NCBI GenBank assembly: GCA_007118975.1
Contig: SKQO01000019.1
Span: 41,049-105,048, forward strand
Length of the DNA: 64,000 bases
Direction: 5' to 3'
Source: Halobacteriales archaeon
Lineage (GTDB): Archaea; Halobacteriota; Halobacteria; Halobacteriales; SKNY01
The notes under the pieces were generated by a model that saw only the letters and a list, made by a program, of their open reading frames with translations, was not told where the DNA came from and searched no databases. Of the stretch, positions 1 to 10,862 are shown piece after piece. Numbering within the stretch: the first letter of the stretch is position 1; every line of letters starts with the position of its first letter. The position numbers and the translations under genes are program-made.

Positions 1-251
1 CAGAACGTCAAACGCGCAACATCCGGCATCCGTCTTCGAACGGTGACTATTCACGGGACGTGCACGATAGTTCGCCGTGTAGCCGGCACCAAGAGCCACC
101 TACAGACGCACTCGGTGGGGCCATCCCCGCAAGTCGAGCTGGGGCGAGGCAACCCACGTGACCCGGGCGCTTCTACCCGTGAGATCGATTTCCTCGCCGG
201 ACTGTCGTTTATCTCAACCTTAATAAGATATTGGTAAGTGTGATTAAATAG

Positions 252-1628
252 ATGCTTACCGGGTGGCGATATCGGGTGGCGGCGGTCGGTGGCGCCGCCG
301 TTATGACCTTGACTGCCGTCGTGGTGGCCAACGTCTACCTGATCCAGTCGCTCTTTACCACGTACACGCCGCTCTTCTGGCGCTTGGAGCCGATGTTGCT
401 CTCGGGCAGCGATCTGATGCTCGCGCTCTTTCTGAACACCCTGGTCGTTCTCTGTGTGTTCGTGCCGTTGTACAAGCCACGACCCCGACGCGTGCTCGAC
501 ACCGTGTTTCTGGCGCAAAAACGGGTGATCGTGGCGGGATTTGCCCTCGCGACGTTGGGGTATTTCAATTACTCGTACCGGCTGCCGCGCACTACGCTGG
601 CGATCACCATGGGTATTCTGTTCCTGAGCCTGCCGTTGTGGTTCGTCTGGATTCGTGAGGCCTACAACGGTGCCGCGGATCGAGTCGTCGTAATCGGCGA
701 TGACGCCGAACAGCTTCGCGAACTCGCGCAGATGATTTCAGAACCCGTCGTCGGGTATGTCTGTCCGGCCACCGTCGCAGAAGCACTGCGACCACAAAAA
801 CGGCGTTTGCTGGCAGACGGGGGCGTCGAAATGCGTCGTCTCGGTGGGCTGAGCCGGATCGAAGACGTGCTCGTGAACTATGACGTCGACACCGCAGTGC
901 TGGCGTTTCAACGAACCGATCGGGGGGAATTCTTCGGCGCATTGGATGCCTGCTATGAACACGGCGTCGGGGTGAAAGTCCACCGACGGTTCGCGGATGC
1001 CGTGATCACGGACGGCGATAGCAGTGGCGAACTGGTCGATGTGGCCATTGAGCCCTGGGATCCGCAGGATTACGTCGTCAAGCGATCGTTCGACGTAGTG
1101 TTTGCGGTGGTGGGCTTGATCGTACTCGCGCCGGTGATTGCCGGGATCGCCGCGGCGATCAAACTGGACGATGGTGGCCCGGTGTTGTATAGCCAAGGGC
1201 GGACGGCCGGATTTGGGGAATCCTTTGTCGTTCACAAATTCCGATCGATGACCCCAGCAGGTGGGTCACCCGACCCCGCCGCGGACGCAGAACGGGTTAC
1301 CCGGGTTGGGACCGTGCTTCGGCGGACCCACCTCGACGAAATCCCGCAACTATGGGCCATCCTCTTGGGTCGGATGAGCGTTGTCGGCCCGCGAGCGGTG
1401 TGGGTAGAGGAAGAAAACGTCATCGAAGCGGATATCGATCCGGGGCGGTGGCGAAAACGCTGGTTCGTGAAACCGGGACTGACCGGGTTGGCCCAGATCA
1501 ACGACGTTCACAGTACTGATCCCGAGGAGAAACTCCGATACGATTTGGAGTACATTCGGCGTCAGTCATTCTGGTTCGACGTTCAGATCGTCGTGCGACA
1601 GATCTGGAAAGTGACGCGGGACTTGTGA
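252..1628 (+). CDS. Polyprenyl glycosylphosphotransferase (WcaJ/WbaP-like priming sugar transferase)
   Basis: N-terminal TM helices; C-terminal sugar-transferase motifs KRSFDVVFA, KFRSM, RRTHLDEIPQLW, MSVVGPR, KPGLTGLAQI, DLEYI. Confidence 0.93.
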   Translation: MLTGWRYRVAAVGGAAVMTLTAVVVANVYLIQSLFTTYTPLFWRLEPMLLSGSDLMLALFLNTLVVLCVFVPLYKPRPRRVLDTVFLAQKRVIVAGFALATLGYFNYSYRLPRTTLAITMGILFLSLPLWFVWIREAYNGAADRVVVIGDDAEQLRELAQMISEPVVGYVCPATVAEALRPQKRRLLADGGVEMRRLGGLSRIEDVLVNYDVDTAVLAFQRTDRGEFFGALDACYEHGVGVKVHRRFADAVITDGDSSGELVDVAIEPWDPQDYVVKRSFDVVFAVVGLIVLAPVIAGIAAAIKLDDGGPVLYSQGRTAGFGESFVVHKFRSMTPAGGSPDPAADAERVTRVGTVLRRTHLDEIPQLWAILLGRMSVVGPRAVWVEEENVIEADIDPGRWRKRWFVKPGLTGLAQINDVHSTDPEEKLRYDLEYIRRQSFWFDVQIVVRQIWKVTRDL

Positions 1629-1970
1629 TGGCGAGCATCACCGAACGTCACAGCTGGTAGCTCGCTTTCCGTCCGAGGATTCCGATCGTCCTCTGGACTG
1701 GCCAATCAGTAGGGCTTCCGCTGCATTTCAATCGACGTAGGCGTATCCGTTAGTTTCGCAAGAATCGTCCGAGGTGGTATCTCGACGCGTCGAATCGCAG
1801 CCGACTATGATCCCGTGGCGCCTCCCGGGACTGTCCCTCCCGTGAGTTTCCTTGGAGGGACTGGGTGCTCCAGATCACCCATCGGATCCGCGTTGCCCAG
1901 CGATGTGTACCACTCCCCGCAGCCAGGTGTCCCCCGGTTCAGGGGTTTCTTGGCCTAGTGGCCCAGGATA

Positions 1971-2399
1971 CTACCCGGGAGATTCCATGAGCCCGAGCTG
2001 CTCGTAGAACGAAAGGTTGTCCCAGATGTTGATATCCTCGACAGCTTTTCCATCCTGGAACCGGTTTATCGTCATCCCAGTCACTGCGACGGACTCGCCC
2101 GTCGGTTCGATTCCCTCGAATTCGGCCTCATGTGTTCCACGCCAGGTGAAGTGGGTGATGACAGTCTCACCATCGACGAACAAGTCGTGGACCTCGAATG
2201 TTGTGTCGGGGAAGGCCCCGCCGAACGTTTCGATGTACTCCGTGTACGCCTCGATGCCTTGCATCTCCTCCTTGCCAGGCACGCGCAACACGACATCATC
2301 GTGGAGGACCTCACGCAGATCCTCGAGATTGCCGCTTTCGATGATCTCCCAGATGCGTTGCGTCGCCTCCCTGTTGGCTACCTCAAGTTCTGTGGCCAT
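1971..2399 (-). CDS. SnoaL-like ester cyclase (NTF2 fold)
   Basis: 142 aa acidic protein with AFPD, WRGTHEAEFEGIEPTG, RFQDGK and WDNLSFYEQLG motifs. Confidence 0.9.
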   Translation of the reverse strand: MATELEVANREATQRIWEIIESGNLEDLREVLHDDVVLRVPGKEEMQGIEAYTEYIETFGGAFPDTTFEVHDLFVDGETVITHFTWRGTHEAEFEGIEPTGESVAVTGMTINRFQDGKAVEDINIWDNLSFYEQLGLMESPG

Positions 2400-2590
2400 G
2401 ATGACGCGTCGCCCACCTCCAACACCTGGGGAGGTCGGGACACGCGAGGGCCAGATGGTGCCCAGGGGTCAAATAGATTGTGCAACGTTCTGACATTTCT
2501 GACCGTCTCCATCCTGATACAAATCGCTAGAACCCGGCGTATAGCCGCACATACAGCGTACCGCGCTGTGGTAGGAGACGATGAAACTCA

Positions 2591-2989
2591 TCAATCTGGC
2601 CCAAGGTGCCGCAGAGATGCCTCGAGCGTCGATACAAGTTGGTCCCGGGCGATTTCGAGGTGCTCTACAGCCTCAAGATGGATGGGGTAGACACGGGGAT
2701 GGCGCCGCACCGCCGAATCGAGATGAGCGCGATCGATCATGTCATCCAAGAGTGATTCGATCGCTTCGCGGTCGCCCTCCAGCGCCGGCTCGAACGCCTC
2801 GTGAGCGGTTACCGGTTCGCGGATGGGTACCTCGTGGAGGTCGCGGCGCTCTCGGTGGTTCTCCAGGTGGGTGTTAAAACTTCGAACCGCCTTGTCGTGG
2901 GCCCGCGCGTCCTCGGCGAGTTGGTCGAGTGCTAACTCGAACAGTTTGTTGTGCGGTGTGGATGAGTGGTTAGCCTGTCGTTCGTCCAT
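2591..2989 (-). CDS. Hypothetical helical protein
   Basis: 132 aa, ATG start, acidic halophile-like composition unlike the Arg-rich shadow ORFs; AT-rich tract upstream at ~3093-3125. Confidence 0.55.
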   Translation of the reverse strand: MDERQANHSSTPHNKLFELALDQLAEDARAHDKAVRSFNTHLENHRERRDLHEVPIREPVTAHEAFEPALEGDREAIESLLDDMIDRAHLDSAVRRHPRVYPIHLEAVEHLEIARDQLVSTLEASLRHLGPD

Positions 2990-3316
2990 TGGTGTGGGGG
3001 TTTCCTCCCGACTCGACAGGGGCGTTACGGTCGTGATAATCCCGCATGGCGGTCCCGAAGGACCACAGTCGATCGTCGCCCACCGCCGTCGGTTATATTA
3101 GTATTAACGGGCCACCGTTCTTAAGAGAATCGCCAGGAACGTCCGGGAAACCTGGCCCATGTTGCGGGGCGCCGAAAACCCCCACGATTCCTACCTCGAC
3201 ATGGATCGTAGTATGCCTGCTTGGTGGATCAAAGTCACCACTCGAGCGAGAACAACCATCCTAGTTCAGCTGCTCCCCATCTGCATCCTCCCCGAAATAC
3301 CAGGAGGAACTACGAA

Positions 3317-4532
3317 TCAAAAGTACGCCCGGAGCGCTACGTGTTGGGGAAGAAACATTTTCTTCAGCGGCTCACGGAGAACGCCACCCCGACTCACAAT
3401 GTCACCGGCACGCTTAGCGGTATCGACGCTGTGGACTCCCACATATAACTGCGAGAGCATAGAAATTCCGACATTTAGATCGAGGGGGGCTGGCGACCCC
3501 CGTTGAATTGTTGCTCCGCCACGTTGGACGTCGATCCTGCACACATGGGCGTTCTCGGCCGGGAGCGGCGCTTCAACTCGCATCATGAACGGGATCGATT
3601 GCTCCGGGAGCCGGGGAAAGTACTCGAGGGCCGTGCCGACGTCGACGATCCGAACCATCGGGCCGCGGACAAGCGAACAATCGACGTGTGGGCTTCGGGG
3701 ATCCGATCGTGGAGCTCGGGTGCGCGATTAACAGGCTGGCCAGGACGGTCGAGTCGGACGCGTCCCACCTGAGAGTCGTGGTCGGTAAGAAAGCAGAGCA
3801 GAGCCCGATACGCAGTTTCGGCCAAGGCGACGAGGTGATGACAGCTAATTCTCCGCCGTCATCCCCGGACTCGAACCGATAGACGACGCACCCGCGGAGC
3901 TCATCTTCGACGAGGTACCCGTAACAATACGGATCGGCATCCGCGTAGGGGTTTGAGGACACACCCGTTAGCGCCACCACGTCTCCGAACGCTTCAGCGA
4001 GAGTGTGGTAGCCTCCCCTCAACGAGTTCCACCTCCCGGAGGCGGCGCCAGTCGTCTGCAACGAGGTTGCGGAACTTCACGTGGGGTGTCCGCGGCGGCA
4101 CCCAAAGGACGCCGGGTGGCGCGTCGCACCGCGTGACGGTATTCGCGATGGCCCACCCCATCAGCCCGTGGTAGGTGACCGAAAACGATCAGCGCGTGAC
4201 GAGATCCATCCCCGCTTCGCGATACTCCTCGAGTGCATGCTCTAACAGGACGCCAACGTGGCCGTCGCGGCGCCGAGACGGTCGTGTTGATACCCCGTCG
4301 ATCCGCCGATTGTCGTCCAGTCGCCACGAAACCGTGCATCCGGGTGATAGAGCGTACAGGTGCTTGCCAGTTCCCCATCCACGTAGTATCCTCGGTGGGT
4401 TGGAGAGCCACGGCGGCCACTCCCCATTCGGCTCCTCAGCCCAGTGGGCCCCGCTTCGGGCGAGAACGCGTACTGAAGCACGTTCTGATAGGCCCGTCGG
4501 TCCTCTTGTTGGATCTCGCAATACGCGTCCAT
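3317..4532 (-). pseudogene. Eis-family GNAT acetyltransferase, multiply frameshifted
   Basis: Colinear fragments in different minus frames: MDAY..YAFSPE, GELASTCTLY, GVSTRPSRRRDGHVGVLL, ELRGCVVYRF, AYRALLCFLTDHDSQ, MVRIVDVGTALE, LSQLYVG (SCP2-like end). Confidence 0.8.
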
Positions 4533-4815
4533 TGGGGACGTGCTGTGGGGCACTACAAAGAAGATCACCACCCGGCCTCGGTCACAAGACGTGTTCGAGA
4601 AGATCAACGGAGCATGTGCACTTTTGCCCCATCCAATCGAGAAATGTCACTTCACTCTCATCGAATCTATACGGGGTGTCCGGGGTGAATGATTTGCCGG
4701 CGGGTCTCGGTTGTTCGAGGAACACGGAATCGACCGAATCTCACGTCGCGTCGGACCAAAAGCCTCGACATCTCACGACGTGCCTCGAGGAGTCTCTCCG
4801 ATACCAGATGCCGAA

Positions 4816-5922
4816 TCAGTTGGCCTTGCCGACGGTTCTGACTGGGACAGCTGGGGCGGATTCCGGCAGGAGTGACCTGACGTCGGCTCGGAGTTCCCGC
4901 GCGTACTCGAGGCGGATCCTTCGGGCGTGCGGTTTCGACAGCGAGGCAGGGCCCACGAGCGATCGGGAGATGGGATCGTAGGCGTCGGTATCGAAGCCCA
5001 TGCGTTCGAGGTACTGTACCACCGGCGGCGCGTCCAGCCCGTTGCGAATTGCCATCGTCGAGAGGCGGTGCAAATGGGCGAACGTCGGGATGCCGATGCG
5101 ATCGCCCGTCACACCGACCTCGCCCACCTCGACGGGTTTCGTGGCTGTCTCCTCGATCCGTTCCAGCATATCGAAGGCCAGATCGATCGTCTGGCTCGGG
5201 AGTGCGGTATCGGGCGCTCGCCACTCGACAGTCGGGAGGGAGCGACGGAGTCGGACCGGCGTCAACACCGCGTCCTCGGCATCGAAATGTCGATTTATCT
5301 CGGAAGGCGGAACCCCTCGCGCGCTGCCTAGCTGCTTGAAGGCGGTAAACTCGTTGTCAACCCGAGATTCCCAACTCTGCACGCTCGCAGTGTACGGCCA
5401 AAGATCACAGAACTCCTTAAACGGGGCACCGCAAAGCTTCCGGTACGCAAACGCGCGGGAAGAACTCGAGTGACGTTCTCCACAATAGTAGGGCGATGAG
5501 TTGACGAGAGCGAGCGCCGGATCGAGTGCCGTAAGCAAATTGAGCTGGCGAAGTGTGTGCTCACGCTCGAAATGAATGTGGGTTCCGGCGGCGTTCTTCG
5601 CACTCTGGACGCCCTCACCATAGATTTGTTCGAAGAGTTCACCCCGTGTCGAAATCGCCGGGGGATCCGCGGTGGTGAGTGGGGTCCCCAGTGGTACCAG
5701 GTGTTTGCCGGTGTCATTCGCCGACCAGATGGCCGTTTGGAGGGTGCGCCTGAACTCACGAGTGAGACTCGCTTTCCGCTCGTGCGGCGTCGTGCGGACT
5801 TCGATCAGGGGTTCGATAAATTCCGGTTTAATGAGTTCGTGGGCGTCTGTGATCGGGGTCCCATCACAGAGCCGTCCCTCGTCGTCGACGACCCAGAACT
5901 CCATCTCGATCCCGATGTTCAT
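4816..5922 (-). CDS. Glutamate--cysteine ligase, GCS2 family
   Basis: IGIEMEFWVVD start, LIEVRTTPH, AGTHIHF, ALVNSSPY, TVEWRAPD motifs. Confidence 0.88.
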   Translation of the reverse strand: MNIGIEMEFWVVDDEGRLCDGTPITDAHELIKPEFIEPLIEVRTTPHERKASLTREFRRTLQTAIWSANDTGKHLVPLGTPLTTADPPAISTRGELFEQIYGEGVQSAKNAAGTHIHFEREHTLRQLNLLTALDPALALVNSSPYYCGERHSSSSRAFAYRKLCGAPFKEFCDLWPYTASVQSWESRVDNEFTAFKQLGSARGVPPSEINRHFDAEDAVLTPVRLRRSLPTVEWRAPDTALPSQTIDLAFDMLERIEETATKPVEVGEVGVTGDRIGIPTFAHLHRLSTMAIRNGLDAPPVVQYLERMGFDTDAYDPISRSLVGPASLSKPHARRIRLEYARELRADVRSLLPESAPAVPVRTVGKAN

Positions 5923-6089
5923 GATCCCGGGTTGGCACCGTCGGTCATCCCCATGGTTCCCGATGACTGCGGTTGTACAGTCAGAAGCTCCGTCGGCTCA
6001 TCTGCCAGCGGCCCCAACGAGGAACACGCCGGTGACGAGCCGTCGCCTGCGGCGTGGTGCCAGTCGCGTTGAGAACGAGTCATCTTCAT
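5919..6089 (-). CDS. Possible small protein coupled to the GCS2 gene
   Basis: Stop TGA overlaps the ligase start (ATGA at 5919-5922) and the ORF lies just downstream of an AT-rich promoter-like tract; no recognisable motif. Confidence 0.35.
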   Translation of the reverse strand: MKMTRSQRDWHHAAGDGSSPACSSLGPLADEPTELLTVQPQSSGTMGMTDGANPGS

Positions 6090-6109
6090 AGCAGGTATAA
6101 CCCACATCC

Positions 6110-6330
6110 CGTGAAAGGTTAAATAACAACATGATAATATTACGAGAATATTTGATGTATCGAATCATATGTTCGAGGAGCAATCTACCCCATGCACTCT
6201 AGCAATTAGGACCATATCTTACCGAGATGACTGACTGAGTAGAAGTGTGTTAGATATAATCAGACACCTTTCATATGAACACGAATCTCATCTGATAACA
6301 TATTATTAAGCCCTGATAATTCTCTCAACA
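6110..6330. promoter_or_regulatory. AT-rich promoter region with palindromic candidate operators
   Basis: Markedly AT-rich; TCGAA-TCATATG-TTCGA at 6160-6176, TTCATATGAA at 6270-6279, TAATATTA at 6135-6142. Confidence 0.45.
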
Positions 6331-6520
6331 CTCGCCCGAATACCGAAATCCCGGGTGGACAGAACCATTGAATCAGCAGCCTCCCCTCTTCGCACGGAAC
6401 CCGGTCAGAAGCTACGCGGGTTGTCGACACAATCGACGTGACCAGTGGAACCAATATCCCCATGAGCATCGGCGTCCTGGCGGGCGGGTGATCATGTTGG
6501 GACCGATGAATACGCCGGTG

Positions 6521-6982
6521 TTATCCTTCCCGCTCCAGTGCGTCGTGTGCGTACCAGAATACGGAAAAGTCCTGCGGGCTCGGGAGCGCGCAGGCGAGCC
6601 AACCAACAACGGCCGCCGCGACGACCGCATTGCTCGTATCCACCGACACCGGGATCGCCCCGCTCGCAATCAGGACGATTGGCACGGACAGCGCCAGAGG
6701 TGCAATTGCCGCACACCGGACCCCCCACGCAGAGAGTTCGCAGGAGGGCCCCTGCGGGGTCACGGTTGCCCATGCCGAGAGGGATGGAATCCCCTGTGAT
6801 CGCCGCTGTCCCGATGTGGGGCCCCACTCGATGTCGTACGGCATGCCGAGGAGGCGCAGGACGCAGGCATGGCTCAGTTCGTGGACAACGATTCCGGTAA
6901 TGACAGTCACGAGCAGCACCGGGACGAACAGGAGCAGTTCTACGGACAGGATAACCTGAACAACTAATGGATTAAGCCGCAC
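6521..6982 (-). CDS. Small membrane zincin-like metallopeptidase (DUF3267-like)
   Basis: Hydrophobic helices with HELSH (HExxH) followed by an AIAPLAL motif. Confidence 0.7.
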   Translation of the reverse strand: MRLNPLVVQVILSVELLLFVPVLLVTVITGIVVHELSHACVLRLLGMPYDIEWGPTSGQRRSQGIPSLSAWATVTPQGPSCELSAWGVRCAAIAPLALSVPIVLIASGAIPVSVDTSNAVVAAAVVGWLACALPSPQDFSVFWYAHDALEREG

Positions 6983-7381
6983 ATATTTGAATCACGTGTT
7001 TCCGGGCAGGCGCGAGGACTGCTTCTTGCGATATCACGCTCTGCCTAAGCCGAAAATAACGCACCCGACGACGAATGGCAATCCAGCAGCTTTTCCCGGA
7101 CGGCCCGGGGGAGTCGTCCCGGTGTGATGGTCATTTTGTCTATCAGTCTTATCTCTGTTCGAGGTCGTCCGCAGACCGTCTGGATTTCGAGGGTGTCCCC
7201 CACCTGATTCGTGGACTAGTCAGGTCCGACAATCGGTCTCATGGGCTGTCCGTCAGGGCGAAGGAACTGAACATGTCACAGTCGACTGATCAGCGAAGCG
7301 GCGATTGGCACCGCAAGCCCGGAGCGTGTGACGGCGCTCGGGTCAGAACCTTTATCCATTGGATTCGTTAGGATCAAGCCA

Positions 7382-8335
7382 ATGTCCCGGGATCCACTCG
7401 CCTCGTCACTCCACGATGTCGCCGCCGGACTGTTGACACCATTCGACCAGTCCGATCCTTCGATCATCCACTGGGACGCTCTCGAGGAGACGGCACAGTG
7501 GCTCGCTTCGGAAGGAATCGGTGTGTTTCTCGCCTGCGCCAACATCAGCGAGTATCATTCACTCACTCACGAGGAGCGGGTGAAATCCGTCGAAGTTGCC
7601 AGTTCGGCGCTCCCGTCGGAAGCGACAGTGCTGGGCGGTGTGGGCGGCAGTACCACGACCGCAGTCGAACTCGCGGGGGCGGCCGAGGACAACGATGCAG
7701 ACGGGATCATGGTCATGCCGCCGGACCACACGTTCAAACACGAAGCCGGCGTAGTGGCACATTTTGACCGAATCGCCGATGCGGTCGACATCGGAACGGT
7801 ACCCTACATTCGCGGGTTCGACGTCACGGTCGATCTCGTCGAACGGATTGTCCGGCACCAGAACGTCGTCGGCGTCAAATGGGCAATCTCGGACATTGAA
7901 CTGTTCGCGGCATGTGTCGACGCCGCCCGCGACGATTGCGTGTGGGTCTGTGGAATGGCCGAACCACCCGCACCGGCATACTACGCGGAGGGAGCAGTGG
8001 GCTTTTCCGCCGGCGTCTCGAACTTTTGCCCTCGCGCCGGGCTCGCACTTTTCGATGCGCTGGAAGCTGGTGAATGGGAACGAGCACGGGCGATTCGGAA
8101 CCTGTGCCAACCACTGATGGACCTCCGGAAGGACCCGGGCGAGGACAACAGCTACCCAGGTGGGTATAGCGTGCAAGTTGTCAAGGAAGGGCTCCGACTG
8201 GCGGGTCGAGAGCCGGGTGGGGTGCGGACGCCGCTCGTCGAGATCACGGACTTGCGCCGACAGGCGGTCGAACGCGAGTATCAACGGTTACAACAGGGAC
8301 TCGATGACATCGAGCAATCTGGCATCGTCGCGTGA
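7382..8335 (+). CDS. Dihydrodipicolinate synthase/aldolase family protein (DapA-like, likely sugar-acid aldolase or dehydratase)
   Basis: LLTPFD, NISEYHSLTHEER, ADGIMVMPP, NVVGVKW (Schiff-base Lys); ATG 7382 preferred, CTTTAT box about 30 nt upstream. Confidence 0.9.
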   Translation: MSRDPLASSLHDVAAGLLTPFDQSDPSIIHWDALEETAQWLASEGIGVFLACANISEYHSLTHEERVKSVEVASSALPSEATVLGGVGGSTTTAVELAGAAEDNDADGIMVMPPDHTFKHEAGVVAHFDRIADAVDIGTVPYIRGFDVTVDLVERIVRHQNVVGVKWAISDIELFAACVDAARDDCVWVCGMAEPPAPAYYAEGAVGFSAGVSNFCPRAGLALFDALEAGEWERARAIRNLCQPLMDLRKDPGEDNSYPGGYSVQVVKEGLRLAGREPGGVRTPLVEITDLRRQAVEREYQRLQQGLDDIEQSGIVA

Positions 8336-8513
8336 GTGCTTGTGTCGAGATGTGACCTACCGACACAACGCGAGTCAGCACCACACTCGTCGTCAATATG
8401 TTTCTGAAAGGTAAACAGCAGCACGGCCTGCAACTCCGCGAGACCGATGTCACCGATCTCGGACGATCCTCCGGCATACACCCCTGGCTGCATGAACAAA
8501 CGTTTTTCTCCTG

Positions 8514-9668
8514 GTGAGTTCACCGGATCGCATGCGGATCACGGACTACGAACTGTTCGAGGTGGCCCCGCGGTGGCAAATCCTGCAGCTGATAACGAGC
8601 GACGGGTCGGTCGGCTGGGGTGAGGTCTACGCGAAATGGCACTATGCGGGAGAGACACCAGTCACTGCATCCGGCGCCGCAGTGGACCAGTTACTGCACA
8701 AATACGTCCTGGGGGAAGATCCCCGTGAGATCGAACGACGGTGGGAGGCAATGTATCGGAGTTCGTTCTATCGCGGAGGAGCGGTCCACATGAGCGCCAT
8801 CGCTGGCATCGACGAGGCACTTTGGGATCTCAAGGGGAAACAGTACGGCGCCCCGATCTACGAGCTCCTGGGTGGGGCCGCGCGGGATCGCGTCCGGCTC
8901 TATCACCATGCGAGTGCGGAAGCAGCCCAAACGGCGTTGGACGACGGATTCTCGGCGATCAAGATGAGCCCGGACCGGATGCTCGAACGGATCGCGTCGC
9001 CGGACGAAGTCGAGCGATTCGCACAACGCGTCGCGGAGACACGGGAGATCGTCGGCGATGACGTCGACATCGGGATCGACTTTCACGGACGCGTCGCACC
9101 GCCGATGGTCAAACGGGTCGCGGCCGCCCTCGAACCATATAGTCCAATGTTCATCGAGGAACCGGTCACTCCGGAGTACGAGGGGGTATTCCCGGATCTC
9201 GCCGCCAGTACAACCATTCCGATCGCCACAGGGGAGCGGTTGCACACGAGATTCGCCTTCAAGCGATATTTCGAAGCCGGTGGGATCGACGTCGCCCAGC
9301 CCGACGTTTCTCACGCCGGTGGAATCACCGAAACCAAGCGCATTGGGGATATGGCATCGACACACGGCGTCGCACTGGCCCCACATTGTCCGATCGGGCC
9401 GATCGCATTCGCCGCATCCGTGCAGGTGATGGCGGTCGCCCCTTCAGCGCTGATCCAGGAACAAACCTTGTATCGTGACGACGGATGGAAACAATACCTG
9501 ACCGATGCCGCTCCCCTTGAACACAGCAATGGGTACGTTGCACTTCCCGACGGGCCGGGACTCGGGGTCGACGTCGATGAAGCCGCAGTCCGCGAGGCCC
9601 ACGGCGTAGACCTCGAGTACCAGCGACCGATCTACGAATACGCGGACGGTGGGATCGGCGATGGCTGA
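8514..9668 (+). CDS. dgoD: Galactonate dehydratase-like enolase superfamily protein
   Basis: PRW..GWGE, MYRSSFYRGG..MSAIAGIDEALWDLKGK, DFHGR, FIEEP, ATGER, QPDVSHAGGI, APHCP, IQEQ; alternative ATG at 8532. Confidence 0.85.
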   Translation: MSSPDRMRITDYELFEVAPRWQILQLITSDGSVGWGEVYAKWHYAGETPVTASGAAVDQLLHKYVLGEDPREIERRWEAMYRSSFYRGGAVHMSAIAGIDEALWDLKGKQYGAPIYELLGGAARDRVRLYHHASAEAAQTALDDGFSAIKMSPDRMLERIASPDEVERFAQRVAETREIVGDDVDIGIDFHGRVAPPMVKRVAAALEPYSPMFIEEPVTPEYEGVFPDLAASTTIPIATGERLHTRFAFKRYFEAGGIDVAQPDVSHAGGITETKRIGDMASTHGVALAPHCPIGPIAFAASVQVMAVAPSALIQEQTLYRDDGWKQYLTDAAPLEHSNGYVALPDGPGLGVDVDEAAVREAHGVDLEYQRPIYEYADGGIGDG

Positions 9669-9722
9669 GGACGTGCCTCACTACCACTGGCACGATCGGG
9701 ACCACCTCACTCGACGTAGTTC

Positions 9723-10862
9723 TCAGCTCCGGTCGAGCAGTGGCTCACAGTACGCTTTCGAGTAGCGCTGGCACCGATAGATCATGTCACTCGCCTCGTT
9801 CTCCTCGCGGTACGGGTCCTCGAACTCCCAGACAATCTCCCCATCGAGGGTCACCTCGAACAGCCATCGCTGGTTCCCCGAACAGACCAGGGTATTCCCG
9901 TTCGGCAGGCGTTGGGCACCGGAGACGGCCGGACTATAGAAGGAAGCGTCTGGCTCCTCGGGGTACTGCCAGACGATTTCCTCGGCCAATGGGTCGATTT
10001 CGATCACCCGTGACCACTCGCGCTCGGTCCCGTTGTCGAAGCACAATACATTCCCGTTCGCCAATACGTGCGGGTGGTGTTGGCCGTCAAGCTCGTTGGG
10101 ACCCCAGGCCCAGACGATCTCGCCGCTCGGGTAATCGATCGTTCCAATCACGTCAACGCTCCGGTAGGAAAAGACGATGTTTCCGGGCTCGACGCGTCGG
10201 GCCGCATCACCGGTCGCCTGCTCGTACGCATCGTTTTCCGGGATCATTTGCAAGGTGTTGTTATGCGCCCAATCGAACCCGTAGCGGGTTTCGATGCGAT
10301 CCCGGACGAACGCCCACTCCGCATCCGAGAGGAGCTCGCCCAACCGATGAAAGTGGGCTTCACCCCGCCATTCCCACTGTAACCGCTGCTCGGGGTCGAT
10401 CTCGACGATGTACGGATTCCTGACGAGCCCCTCGCCGATTGCGGGCGTCATCTCGTCATTGAGGGTGTGTACCAGGAGATGGCCGTCGGGAATGCGTGGA
10501 CTCGGCGGATCGTGTACGCCGACCAGCTGCATGTCGTGGTCTGTCCGGCAGTGATACCACCATTGTTCGTTACCGGCGGGATCGAGCTCGCGGACGCCGG
10601 CTTCACCGATATCGGTACGATCTCGCGTCGGGTAGAGGAGATTCCCGTCGGGCAGTAGCTTGCAGTACGATTGGAGGGCCGTGTCCACCTTCCATCGATG
10701 GACGACCGACCCGTTCATGTCGACGAGGTAAATCGGAACCTGGTCGTCCGGTTCCTTGTGAATGTACGCGACCAGGGTGTAGCCATCCCACGCCCGTTCA
10801 GGGTCATGAACCTTGGGCCCGTCGCTCATCGTGGCGCCTCCCTGTTGGCCGGAATCGTCCAC
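9723..10862 (-). CDS. Aryl-sulfate sulfotransferase family beta-propeller
   Basis: YLVDMNGSVVHRW, WAHNNT, QHHPH, FDNG, SGAQRLPNGNTL, FEVTLDGEIVWEF; start may be ATG 10829. Confidence 0.85.
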   Translation of the reverse strand: MDDSGQQGGATMSDGPKVHDPERAWDGYTLVAYIHKEPDDQVPIYLVDMNGSVVHRWKVDTALQSYCKLLPDGNLLYPTRDRTDIGEAGVRELDPAGNEQWWYHCRTDHDMQLVGVHDPPSPRIPDGHLLVHTLNDEMTPAIGEGLVRNPYIVEIDPEQRLQWEWRGEAHFHRLGELLSDAEWAFVRDRIETRYGFDWAHNNTLQMIPENDAYEQATGDAARRVEPGNIVFSYRSVDVIGTIDYPSGEIVWAWGPNELDGQHHPHVLANGNVLCFDNGTEREWSRVIEIDPLAEEIVWQYPEEPDASFYSPAVSGAQRLPNGNTLVCSGNQRWLFEVTLDGEIVWEFEDPYREENEASDMIYRCQRYSKAYCEPLLDRS

